Positions 1-12,605 of a stretch of 64,000 bases of DNA are shown piece by piece. The notes under the pieces are model-generated. The model was not told where the DNA came from. It saw only the letters and a program-made list of their open reading frames with translations, and ran no database searches. This stretch comes from Octopus sinensis (lineage: Eukaryota): assembly GCF_006345805.1 (NCBI RefSeq), contig NC_043002.1, positions 24,366,001 through 24,430,000 of the forward strand, in the 5' to 3' direction. The translations under genes were made by a program, and so were the position numbers. Numbering within the stretch: position 1 is the stretch's first letter; each line of letters opens with the position of its first letter.

Positions 1-577
1 GAGAAGAAACAACGAGCAAATTTCATATCTGTGCATTTTTTGATTTTCATTTAAATTATGCGGTACCCATTTGTCAAGCTTTTTTGATTTTCCAACCACA
101 TGCAAATAGTTGCAGGCAGTTTTCTGGCTTACTTAAAGTTCTTTTGCCAGTTCTCGAGTTGTTTTGCATGGATCTTTCTCAATAACGGTCTTTAATTGAC
201 CATCATTGATGACAGATAGGCCTCCACTACACTCACGATCTTCAAGGCTCAGGTCTCCACTGCAAAATTGCTCAAACCATTTTTGAGCTCACCACTCACA
301 GTTCATTTCCTCAACAAATGCTTTGTTGATATCGCAAGCAGTTTCAGCTGCTTTATACTTGAATATCGTGCTTTGACAATTCCATTTCAGATGATTGTAA
401 CAATGGTAAAAAAAATATCAATTTTAATTTATTGATGCATTTATTGATGCCAGTATTATCAGACAATTGCAAAAAAACAAAAAAAAAAAAAACGTCTAAA
501 AGAAATTTATAACTCTGCAAAAATCCAGTACAAATTCTTCATGGTTCAAAACGTTGCTTACTTTTTACTCAACCTGA
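1..577 (-). mobile_element. Decayed mariner (Tc1/mariner) transposon, 5' part, cut by the window edge
   Basis: The minus strand reads ...KWFEQFCSGDLSLEDRECSG...KKLDKWVPHNLNENQK (mariner WVPHxL motif). TIR-like end TA|TCAGGTTGAG at ~577. Confidence 0.85.
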
Positions 578-1973
578 TATATATTGGCTAGAGAAAGATC
601 AGGTTTAAAAGTGGGGTATGAAAACAATTTTGTATTTCAGATATAGGTTTATTGAGAGCTTTAGGGCAGCAGTGAAATTTAGAAAAAAGGGTAAGCTATT
701 TGATTAGTAATTCATTGCTCTTGACTATAAAATCACTGTAGACTTTTAGTTGAAGATTTGGATAGGACAATCTTATGTTCTTCAGTTCACTTGTCAAGAA
801 TAGATGCTAACAAATCTAGAAATGTTAAATGTTAAACTGATGTCCTATTCAAGAGGAAATATAACTATCAGCCATTTAGCATTAAACCAGAAGTAGTCAA
901 CAAGGGAGCTGCTGTTTAGTTGCTTGATTTCTCATAAAGAGCAACCAAATCTTTTTAAAATCACATTCTGATATCTTAAAAAAGGATGGACACATCAAAT
1001 AATATAACCTTAGAAACACTGAAGATTTGATGGTAAGATCACTGTCTAAATGCCTTTGGTCCTAGGTCTGCTCAATCAGAACAATATAAACTTGGATAGT
1101 GCGGTGTCTGTACGATAATTAGACAGATATGTAAGTGAAAGCACACATAATGCTTAATAAAATTTTGGTTTCAAATTTTGGCACAAAGTCAGCAATTTTG
1201 GAGGAAGAATTACATTGACCCCAACTGGTACTTATTTTATCAATGTTGAAAAGATAAAAGACAAAGTTGATTTGAAATTTGAACTCAAAACGTAGACGGG
1301 CAAAATGCTTCTAAGCATCTTGCCTTGGCGTCCCAACGATTCTGATAGCTTGCTCCTTTAAAGCTTAATAAAATATTTTTTTTTAAATCTACAGTATATT
1401 CAGTTGGTGGTAAAGGAAAATATTGTTAGATTAACCAATGTTATTAACTTAACTTTGCCCTTCATCCTTCAGGGTTGATAAAATATCATTAACCAAGTAC
1501 TGGCAATATAAAATTGGCTGCCTGGTGCCAATACTGGAAATCATAAATTTAACAATAAATCGTCATGTTTAATGAATTTTCAAGAAATTCATTAAAGTTA
1601 TCTCCCTTGATTGAAGACCCACCACCACCACCACCATCACCTCAAAAACGCCTTCAACAAAATGGGTAATAATTAGAACACATTTGTAAGTCATTGCAAT
1701 TTCCTTCAACCCAGTCTCTATGTGATTGTCCATCCTGCAAGAAATAGCAGTCAAATGTCACTCAAGTCACATTCTATTGTAATAAAAGGCAGCACATATT
1801 GGAAAATGTAATTCTAGAATACTATGTTTAAATAAATGTTAGGAATGTTTTTGATCAGAGGTTAGCTGGATTAGGATTAATCTTTGTTGAAATAACTAAA
1901 AGAAATAAAATTCATATAAAATGGTGATGATTTTCTATTACTACAACTGTTGCCACTAATATCACCTCTACTA

Positions 1974-2202
1974 TTAATCCTTTAGCATTCAGATTACTCT
2001 GTCTAATGTAATGCTTATGTATTCACATCATTTTAAATTAATCATGCATTATTTCACAGCTTTGAGATTTCAATGATGTAATTGCTTATTTTTAAAGTGA
2101 CACTACAGGGTAGGTGTGAAAGGTCGAATTTGACCAGCTTGAAGATAAAACAGGTAGAATATTTTGGCCGGATATGGCCGGCTTAAAAGCAAAAATGTCT
2201 AA
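1974..2202. mobile_element. Possible piggyBac-like MITE
   Basis: Starts TTAA-tcctttagcattc; the right end (ttaaaagcaaaaatgtctaa) is a degenerate inverse. Confidence 0.4.
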
Positions 2203-2280
2203 GAACATGAAGTGAAAAACCAGAAAAGTAGTAACACTTACAGTATGCCTTCTGTTAACTGTGTAGAAAGCCTCATTTAC

Positions 2281-2303
2281 CTGGGAAGGCTCTTGGTTTG
2301 ACA
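2281..2303 (-). CDS. BCL7: BCL7-family protein, coding exon 3 ([V]SNQEPSQ; possibly extended to 2242)
   Basis: Strong acceptor ctttctattgttctgtttccag|TG supplies the TG that completes GTG (Val of WVPV). Donor CAG|GTAAAT after 23 nt, or ACT|GTAAGT after 62 nt; both are phase 0. Confidence 0.85.
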
Positions 2304-3404
2304 CTGGAAACAGAACAATAGAAAGTAAATAATAATGTGAGGAATGATGATGTAAGGATGTTGATTAGACATTATTGCTCAAAGACAAAAATAGTATAAG
2401 GGACAAAATACAAAACATGAAAATAAAAAATATAACAAGAAAATTTCCATACAAAGAAGGACAGCTACTTAGGTCCAATCAAAGAAATCCCCCAAAATCC
2501 CAATGACCCTGACTGCTAAGGGCAAATATCCTCTTATTTTGTTTCTCAGTCTACAGGCACATGTTCAAAGAAGGCTGGTTCACAAGTACCATAATCACTA
2601 TTTAGGACATCAACTCCCTCTCTACCCTCACCTTCCTTTCCAAGTGAAACTTGAAAGGTTTAATGAGAGTGACCTATCTGTTTTTAGTCCTTTCAGCCTT
2701 GTCCATCACACTACTTTCACTGTTGCCACTAGGAAAACTAGTGCACTAAACAGAGGAAAACTGCTCTTCTTGACCACAGTACTCTTCTAGATGGAATTAG
2801 TTGATAGATGGACCAGTCCCACTCACAACAACAGCTGTCTGACAAAACTCTACAAATCAGGAACGCTAGTACACTGAATGTGTTATAATAACAGTTATGA
2901 ACAGGCACAGATACCCTCTTCGCCCTTCCATACTTGAGACAATGGAACATGAAAGAGGTGACAACTGAAAGGAGAAATAGCTATAGCAGCACTTGGCTGG
3001 AACTCAATTTCAGCTGAAAAGGTTGGAGCAATGTAAAATAAAGTACCTGCTCAAAGACACAATGTGCTACTGGTCCAGGAATTGAATCCATAACCTTATG
3101 ATAATAAAGCCAACATTAATGATGATACTGAATAAATGGATAGAACCACCATTGATGATGGCAACTAGAAATAATATATTAGTACATAGTTCATCATGGT
3201 GATAATGATTGTGAAAATGATAAAGATACTGATAATAATAGTGTAGAAATAACAAAACATTGATTATGGCAACTGGAAGCAGTATACAGTTCATAATGGT
3301 AGTGGTAGTGATGAATCAAACTCTAAGAAATATGAACATGAGAGAAAGGAACAGAGAAAAGAGGTTTATAAAGAAATGCTAAAGAACAAGAGATCAACAC
3401 AAAC

Positions 3405-3463
3405 CTGGTACCCATTTGTAAAGCTTCATTGTTGTGTCACCAATTGTTACCCATCTTTTCTCC
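3405..3463 (-). CDS. BCL7: BCL7-family protein, coding exon 2 (59 nt, [W]EKRWVTIGDTTMKLYKWVP+G)
   Basis: Acceptor tcttttattttgcag|G completes the TGG codon split by exon 1 (phase 2). Translation matches the BCL7 motif [20 protein letters not shown]. Donor CAG|GTTTGT. Confidence 0.96.
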
Positions 3464-5397
3464 CTGCAAAATAAAAGACATAATAGATATTAGTAAGACC
3501 AGAGGACTGGTGTTTGTCTTGCATGCTCACTTGCATATAGACAAGCTTTGTAGTCAGGTGACCTAAACAATATATAAATAATACTGTAATACAAAAATAC
3601 AGGGCTATTTGCCCTGTAAGGCATAACAGCCAAATCTTCAAATTATACCTATCATCATAAAAAGAGAGGAACACACTGAACAATGTAGACTTAGATATAC
3701 GATGCATGAGAGTAAGATGGCATAGTCACAACTAGAACATGTCTGACCATACTTATCCTCAATCAGGGTTGATCAAAAACTAAATAACAATATAGTATAC
3801 ATCTACATAAAAATCAAGTTATGGAAGTCTCTCTATATGGTCACTACCAACTAGAAATAATAGCCAAATCTTCCTCAAATCACACAATGCTTGAAAAAAG
3901 CAAAAAAAAAAGCACTTTCAATTATGAATTCCTAGATACATCATTTCTCAATAAAAGATGAGATGATCATAGCTAAAATACCTTTGTTCATAGTTTTGCT
4001 GAATTAGGTCTGACCTGGATTAAACAACAATAACATTCATGCAAATTAACAGTATAAACCAAAACACCAAGTAGATAAATATTAGAAGACTAACTTGAAG
4101 GCTATTTGTTCAAATCTATTGTAGTTGCTTCAATGTCTTTCTCAGAAAACTTTTTCTATTGTCTTAGTTCACCTGTTAGGACTATGTACCAGGCCAGCTA
4201 AACACGAGCCCAGTACAAAATTAACTGTTAGGAGTAGTACACCATCTAGATATAACTATGATATACTAGTGTCACATTCAGAAGACTATTCCTCCTGCAT
4301 TTAACATCAACACCACACATACTCACACACACTAGTGAGTGACATTTACATATAAATTACATGCACACACAAGATATATCTACATATAAATACCACATAC
4401 ATCAGTAAAGTGTAAGACACACTCCAGAGGCACATCTATATAAACATCACATACATGTATCAGTTAGGTATACCTATATAAATACTTCACACACACACAC
4501 ACCAGTAAGGTACTTCTCTACAAATACCAAACACAACACCTTTTCAGCTAATAATTAAAATTATTTAAAAGAAAATTGAAATAAACTTTAAGCAAAAAAA
4601 AAAAAATAATAACCTAAGAACAAATCAAAATAATCCTTGAGCAAATTAAAATAGTAGATGTTTAGATAAAACTTAGATGTCTGTTTTGAATTGTTTGTAT
4701 TTATGCTGATTTGTTTTAAGCCTGAATTCATTTCATCATTTGACTTAAGTCTACAATGCTGCATTTAATTATGGATGACAAAAGTCAGTCTCAAAGCAAC
4801 AGTAACTTGCCTCAAGCTACAAGTTACTCTTACTTCACGAAGTGTCAAATAAGGAAACAATGGGAGTGCAAAGAAAAGTTTACACTTGAAAGTCATACAC
4901 ATATACTGTTTGTTACTAAATGAGAAGATTAGGAAACAGTGGCTACGGCACAGTGTTAAGACAGCATATAAATGAGTGCATTTAGAATGTGCATTACAGA
5001 GGTGTGTGTGGCAAAGTCTAGAAGGTAGAACATGAAACTATTGAGATGTGTTGAAGCTTTGTAAATACTTACATTCAATTTGTCCCAACATACTTGCTAC
5101 AGTAGCAAGTATGTTGGAATATATTGATGTGCATTTACAACCAGAGAAACTATACTTTGTAGTTCTAAAACATTTTTTCCATAGGCTCATGAAAAAATTT
5201 TTTGGGTATTTACCAGTCAAAATTAAACTGTAATTATTCATTAATAAAAAAAAAAATAGTATTAGTTTGAAAGCATTACTTAATTAGAAAAAGATTTCAC
5301 TTCAAGTTTATTAAAAATTGTTTTGAGTTTATTTTAATTTGCTTCAGGTTTATTTAAAAGTAATAGAAAAACTGTTAGTCCTAATTCTCTGAACAAG

Positions 5398-5801
5398 AGA
5401 CATGCAGCAACAGTACTTTAGAGTAAAGTTTATTTGCCAACATAAAGTGGCAGTCCTGATTAGGATGAATGTCACTACTTTTTAGCCCCAGGGAAACATC
5501 ATCTTCAGCTGGCTATCAACGCACAAACAGCATCATTACACTTTGAACAAGGGAGCTAGTGTCCCCACTCAGCTCAAAGTGATATCTGTGTACCAATGCT
5601 TTCTAGGTTATTTCTCTTCATCAGTACAGAATATTCACCCAGTCAGAGATGGCAGCACTAGGTCTTGTTCGAAGTTAGTGCATCGATAGTCAGCTGGAAA
5701 TGCTTTCCTGGGGCTAAAAAGTAGTAACATTTGTCCTAATCAAAACTGCCACTTTACATTGGCAAATAAACTTTACTTTAAAGTACTGTTGCTGCATGTC
5801 T
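5398..5801. repeat. Fold-back element with ~130-bp inverted arms and a hammerhead-like core
   Basis: agacatgcagcaacagtacttt...tttatttgccaa at 5398 is mirrored by ttggcaaataaa...aaagtactgttgctgcatgtct ending 5801. Confidence 0.85.
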
Positions 5802-5878
5802 TACATTCAGAAACTTAGAACTAATAGCTCTTCTATTTGCGAGATCAGTGACTGTATGTCACTTTAAAAGTATATACT

Positions 5879-6111
5879 TCAAACAAGACCTAGTGCTGTC
5901 ATCTCTAGCCAAGCAATTATTCTGTGCTGATGAAGAGAAATAACCCAGAAACTATTGGTACACAGATATCGATTTCAGCTGTTTCCCTTGTTTGAAGTGT
6001 AAGGATGCAGTTAGTGCATCGATAGCCAGCTGGAGAAGATGTTTTGCTAAAAGGTAGTAGCATTTGTCCTAATCAGGACTGCCACTTTACATTGGCAAAT
6101 AAACATTATTT
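5879..6111. repeat. Second, partial copy of the 5398-5801 element in opposite orientation
   Basis: Reverse complement of the centre of copy 1 (aacaagacctagtgctg...ctgatgaagagaaataac...ggtacacagatatc) followed by one arm. Confidence 0.8.
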
Positions 6112-9100
6112 AAAATTGTCTTGCGTTTATATTAATTTGTGCTTGAAAAGCTGTAGAGAGGAACGTCTCTATAAACATACATGCACACCAGTCAGGTAAA
6201 CACTGCATTCATTAGTTAGGTACAGTCATACAAATAAACCATCAGTACTTTTTACTATTCACAGAATAAGACAAGTTCATGTACATTAGGGAAATAGAAT
6301 GCTGATATTTCAGGAATGGTTTTTCTACCATACCCAACATATTAGTGCTACTTACTTCTGTACATGGCACATGAATTTACTAAGTCTTACAAATGTAAAT
6401 TTTATTTGTTTGTTTTATTCTAAATGATATGGTGTGATCTGAAGATTTGGCTGCTATTCCTAGCAGATTGAGTGACTGCATAAAGACTCTAGTTGACTAA
6501 TGGTTAATTGTAGATGGTAGTTGTCTAGCTCTGTGAGAGCATTAACTAAACAGACTTGTGTAGGTAGTTGGTCAAATATCTAGTTGTGGTTCATAGATCT
6601 GATCTTTTGTGTTGACCTTTCATTATTCAACTGATACTCTATCTGTGACCTTCCTATGCATTTTTTTTTTCTTTTTTGGCAGGCATAATATATCTAGGTC
6701 TACATTATCCAGTGTGTTATTGCTTTTATAAGATGTTTGGGTAGGTTTATCTGTGGAAGAAATTTAGTATAGTAAGTCTTCAAATCAACCACTAATTTAA
6801 GAGGATAATATTTCAGTTTATCAGAGCACAGGTAACACTCTCTCATCATCTACATTGTTTCCCAAAGCTCACCCAGCTAGAAATAACAGTTAAATCTCTC
6901 TGAAATTACATCCTACCATCTTTAAAAAAGGATGCATTGGATAAGGTAGTCTCGGGAAAAAGATGGGATGGTCACAGTTGGAGTACCTTTAATTATAGGT
7001 CTTTTCATTCTGAATTGAATACCTCCATCAAACAACAACAGCCACCGCTGCTGCCAGCATCAGTACCCATTCTCTTTAAAATACTGTCTCTTAAACATGA
7101 AGATTTATAGAGAGAAATTGGGAATTTTTTCAAGACAAGAGGGAATCAAAACTAAATATAGAATAAACACAGCTAGCTAGAGGAGCTTCTCTCTAACTGA
7201 GTGGCATATGGAAAGCACACACACATGAAATTGAACAATTGAGTTATACAGTCACGACACTACTGAGAGTGAAGAATCAGAAGTAGGGTTAAGTGGCATT
7301 CATGCCTTTCTCAGAGATAATAGCAATGGGAAAAAGGCAACATACTGACCTTAAGATATCAAAATGATTCCTAACATAAACAAGATTGTATAAATTTAAA
7401 GCTAAGAATGAAAAGGGAATTAAGTAATACACATGTTTCTTCCTAGCATTAACATAGAGAGATGAAATGCCCCCAAAACAAAAATTGTCTTGAAAAAAAA
7501 AATTTTTTTTGTTTTTTTTTTCGCATTAGCACAAAGCTGTAGATTTTACAGGATTGTGTATGATAATAATACTTTTTCCAAGATAGAATGGAAATGATTT
7601 GAAATGGGCTTCAATAGCCCCAAAAAGTTACCTTATTAAATTTAAAAAATATTTAAAAAACTTTACATAAAACAATATTAATACCTTTCTCAAGGCATAA
7701 TGCTCCCAAAATATAGAACCCATAAAAACATTGCTACTGTCATTTTTGGTTTCCTCACCCTACTACCAGTTTCAAGAGATGCACATATCTCATACATGAA
7801 TATATACTCTCTGAATTAAAATTTTAAGTCTGCTTCTTCACCAGCAGCCTAACATCTTCCTTCTAAACACTCTTCCTGCATCATCTTATCCCAGTCTTAA
7901 TGCTGATAGAGAAAACATAAAAATGATGAAGGAGAGGAAGAAAAAATTTAAATCTCTTTTCAGTTATTGATTATTTTCAACAACATCATTTATTTTCAGT
8001 TTAGTTTTTGTGATTTTACTTGGTTCAAACTCGTGTCAAGGAAATATTGATCTGTTTTACTCTACTCTCCAACACTAGAGATGATCTTGCTAGCTAGCTT
8101 CTTTCCTCCTCCTCCTCCTCTCTCTCTCTCTCTCATACACATACAAACTATCTTTGTAGTCTGCTGCCAGACAACTCTCAACTAGATTCTCTTCCTAGCA
8201 CTCGCTACCCTGCTCTCTCTTTCTCCTTCTAAATTCTCTAATATATTTACTCTTCTCTTTTTACACTTCCTTTTCTTTACTCTTGCCAGCTCCTTAAACC
8301 CTACTCTCTAGATTCTTTCTCTTGTCATTCTCTCATATTCTTCTATCTGTCTATCTCCCTTTCCAGATACCCCTCTTGATTTCATATACTCTCCCTCTTT
8401 CCAGTTATCTTCTACTCTAGATTCTCCTTCTGGTCCTTCATTCTTCCAAACCCCCATTCTATCAATCCATATATCCCCATCTCCTGATTCTCTTGCTAGC
8501 AAAAAAGCAATAGCTGCAATATTCTTCTAACTTCCTACATAAACCAAAATTATATTGGGAGTTGGGGATTAAATTGAATCAGAAATAAATTGAAACTTAA
8601 ACTGGAATTCAGTGAAAGAAAAATACTGAAATTCAAATCAGAATTTAAACTGACAATGCCAGTATTTTCTCAGATATTTGTTTTTCCTATCTGAATAGCA
8701 ATTCATGCTTAAATTTCAACTTCCCATGACTCCCACATCTCCAGATTTTAATTAAATAAAACCATATTTTTTTAATATTTTATTAAATTTAAATAATTTG
8801 CAACTGATTTAAAAATTTAAATTTTAACATAAATAATATAAAATATTTTTTTCAAAGGTTAAAAATAAAAAACCTATTTTCAATTTTAGCTTATTTTATA
8901 AACCTTACTGCATTTAATTATTCTTCTTTTTTTCTCAAATATATGCCTCTACATCTCAATATATGTGAGAAACAAATTGCAATAAAGGTTAGATTTCTAA
9001 AAGTGCACTTGTGTGTATGTTTGAGTCTGTGAACAGAAATCAATAACAGACAGTCAATAAAATTCAGAGCTCTAAATTCAGAGGCTAAGACCTCTGAATT

Positions 9101-9319
9101 CAGAAAGAAAAAGCACTAAATTCAGATTTTCATCATGAAATGATTTATTTATTGATACACTGTGATTTGGACAACTAAGTTTACATAGTATTTTTTACAG
9201 GGATACCCTATTTACAGTATCAAAGGCATTTGTTAAATTAATGGAAACACATACAAGATCTCTGTTCTGTTCAGTGTATGTGGTTTACTGTGAAAATTAA
9301 ATCCATTGTAGCCACAAAG

Positions 9320-10480
9320 TGATTTAAAAAAGATATCAACCACACAGTGATTTAAAAAAGATATCAATTACAAGGAGTTTATTCAGGCAAGTAAGAACAA
9401 TACTTGCTAGAACCTTGCCAACTGCTGACAGCAAACCAATGCCTCTGTGGTTACCACTCTTTATTTCTGACACCATTTGTATAAAGAAGCAGCATAATTT
9501 CATCTTTCCAGTTCTTGGGAACAACACCATCTCTCTAGACTGCACTAATAAACTCATGAAGATTCTTTGTGATAGGACTATCACCAAAGTGTGAGAACTC
9601 AGCATAGATTTCATCTTTACTAGTAGCCTTAAGATTCTATTTCCATACTGTCATTGTTACATCTTGTACTGAGCATGCCATGGTCAAGGATGTAACAACA
9701 TGTCTTTGTTCAAGGCTATTAGAGCCTCCCCTCCATACACACATAAGCATGTATCTGACTCATACATTGTTCGCTTTCCAGACATTTGTACATTACTGCA
9801 TATACTTTATACGCACTTTCTGACAAGTTGTGGTGCACCTGAGCACTGCATACAATAATTTCATTATTTTATTATTATTATTTCATCATCCACAAAATTC
9901 AGTTTAACAGTACAGAGAAGTATTTAATCTAGCAATCTGGGCTTTCTGTTGACTTAATGTAGAGAGTAGAACTATCCTTAGAAAGTAAAAGAGCCTATGT
10001 CTAGCCTTTAAGCTTGTCTCGTAAGATGGAAAACCTTCCCAGCAGGTGTTCTGCATCTGCCATGTGATAGCTGAGATTGAGACTTTATATCTAGTACAGT
10101 GAGCTAACAGGGTGACCATGTTGCCTGAGGTACACCAGTATCTTTCAAGATTTTATAATCTTGTACTGAACAAATGCTAACATCTGGTGATCAGATGATA
10201 GCCCATCATATAGTAATACACTGTGAACATCGTGCTTTGCAGACAAAAGTCTCTGAATCGTAGCATTATTTTCATCAAACCAGCCACTATGACTGGCTGA
10301 AATATATCCCAGTCTTTCAGCACCACTTTGAATAATGGTATCAAAACCCTTCTCAGGCTGGATAAACAATTCTGAAGGTCCTTTACCACAGCAATATTGT
10401 ATATCTTACAAATATTCAAGAGTCAAACAACTAAACTGACACACTCCTTTCATTCACTAATTACCAACTGGAACTGTTAT
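9320..10480 (-). mobile_element. Decayed RTE-clade LINE (linker and RT N-terminus), interrupted
   Basis: ORF fragments contain WFDENNATIQRLL and GNHRGIGLLSAVGKVLASIVL, typical of RTE ORF2; frameshifted. Confidence 0.75.
9690..9885 (+). mobile_element. CR1-type LINE 3'UTR/tail fragment inserted in the RTE relic
   Basis: Ends gttgtggtgcacctgagcactgcatacaat+(att)n, the same tail as the young LINE at 49284-49352. Confidence 0.65.
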
Positions 10481-10963
10481 TTGCATTAAACAATGGTCAA
10501 TCCAATACTCTGAGCTATGAAAGGACTTGACACTACTGATATCACTGATATTGTGCAGGTGGAAGTTCATATAATCTAGTAGAGCTGGATTAGATAACCC
10601 AAACAGCTTTCAGCTGTGCATATAACATTTTTGTCTGCATCAGAGCTAGTTAAAAGAGGAATATGGGCACTTATAAGAGTAATATGGCATTCACTTTTCC
10701 TGTGTAGACACAGAGTCCTCAATTATTCAGGGATAGGAAGCTTTTTTCATTTCATAAAAGACTAAATAGCTCTGTGCTCAGGGCTATGCAATCAATACAT
10801 ATTTGACTTCAACTCCAATTCCTCTGTTTAAATTAAACTAATCACATATTCCTTACATTCAATAAAAGCACATAACATACATGACCAATTTGAATTACCA
10901 AGTTACTTTTTAACACCTTGATTTGTTAAACCTTGGATTTAAGGGCCATAATTATCCATTGTC

Positions 10964-11012
<49 letters not shown>

Positions 11013-11013
<1 letters not shown>

Positions 11014-12605
11014 CAACAAACACCATCCGATCGTGGCCGTTCGCCAGCCTCATCTGGCACCTGTGCCGGTGGCACATAAAGACACCATCCGAAGACCCGG
11101 CGACGTAGTCAGTCCACCTGTGCATACCTTCCCTCTTATGACACTTGTGTAGACCTGTTGAGGCAAGTGTGTGACACTTGTGAAGACCTGTTGAGGCAAG
11201 TGAAAATCAAAAATCAAAAATCAAACCAAATCAAAATAGATGAATATCAATGGAATTTGTATCTTTGTGGTTCCAGTACCGGTGGCACACAAGAAAACCA
11301 TCCGAAGTGGCCGTAGCTGGTACCGCATCGACTGGCCTCCGTGCTGTGGGCACAACAAACACCATCTGATCGTGGCCGTTCGCCAGCCTCACCTGGCACC
11401 TGTGTCGGTGGCACATAAAAAACACCATCCAAAGACCCGGCGACGTAGTCAGTCCACCTGTGCATACCTTCCCTCTTATGACACTTGTGAAGACCTGTTG
11501 AGGCAGAGGCAAGTGTGTGACACTTTGTGAAGACCTGTTGAGGCAGAGGCAAGTGTGTGACACTTGTGGAGACCTGTTGAGGCAAGTGTGTGACACGCGT
11601 GACACTTGTGAAGACCAGTTGAGGCAAGTGAAAATCAAACCAAATCAAAATAGATGAACATCAATGGAATTTGTATCTTTGTGGTTCCAGTACCGGTGGC
11701 ACACAAGGACACGCGTGACACTTGTGAAGACCTGTTGAGGCAAGTGAAAATCAAACCAAATCAAAATAGATGAACATCAATGGAATTTGTATCTTTGTGG
11801 TTCCAGTACCGGTGGCACACAAGAAAACCATCCGATCGTGGCCGTTCGCCAGCCACATCTGGCACCTGTGTCGGTGGCACATAAAGACACCATCCGAAGA
11901 CCCGGCGACGTAGACAGTCCACCTGTGCATACCTTCCTTCTTGTGACACTTGTGAAGACCTGTTGAGGCAAGTGACACTTGTGAAGACCTGTTGAGGCAA
12001 GTGAAAATCAAATCAAATCAAAACAAATCAAAATAGATGAGCATAAATGGAATTTGTATCTTTGTGGTACCAGTGCCGGTGGCACACAAGAAAATCATCC
12101 GAACGTGGCCGTAGCCAGTACCGCATAGACTGGCCTCCGTGCTTTGGGGACGTAACAAACACCATCCGATCGTGGCCGTCCGCCAGCCTCATCTGGCACC
12201 TGTGTCGGTGGCACATAAAAACACCATCCGAGCGTGGCCGTCTGCCAGCCTCGTCTGGCACCTGCCAGCCTCATCTGGCACCTGTGTCGGTGGCACATAA
12301 AAACACCATCCGAGCGTGGCCGTCTGCCAGCCTCGTCTGGCACCTGTGTCGGTGGCACATAAAAACACCATCCGAGCGTGGCCGTTCGCCAGCCTCGTCT
12401 GGCACCTGTGTCGGTGGCACATAAAATCACCCACTACACTCTCGGAGTGGTTGGCGTTAGGAAGGGCATCCAGCTGTAGAAACACTGCCAGATCTGACTG
12501 GCCTGGTGCAGCCTTCGGGCTCCCCAGACCCCAGTTGAACCGTCCAACCCATGCTAGCATGGAAAACGGACGCTAAATGATGATGATGATGATGATGATG
12601 ATGAT
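11013..12605 (+). mobile_element. Retroposon 3' end (RTE-tail/SINE-like family) with nested internal tandem arrays
   Basis: ~61-bp ggtggcacataaaaacaccatccg... units, ~28-bp gacacttgtgaagacctgttgaggcaagt units, terminal gttggcgttaggaagggcatccagctgtagaaac...ccatgctagcatggaaaacggacgctaa and a (GAT)n tail. The same terminus recurs many times in the window. Confidence 0.85.

Noticed and set aside
62-81. 19/20-nt match to BCL7 exon 2 (ggtacccatttgt[c/a]aagctt; KLDKWVP versus KLYKWVP), suggesting a duplicated exon
   Set aside because: It is the WVPHxL motif of the mariner relic; there are no splice sites and the flanks are transposase. Coincidental.
11013-12430. Regularly repeated units resembling a CRISPR array
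   Set aside because: Eukaryotic context, no unique spacers, no cas genes; the units are contiguous tandem repeats of a retroposon.
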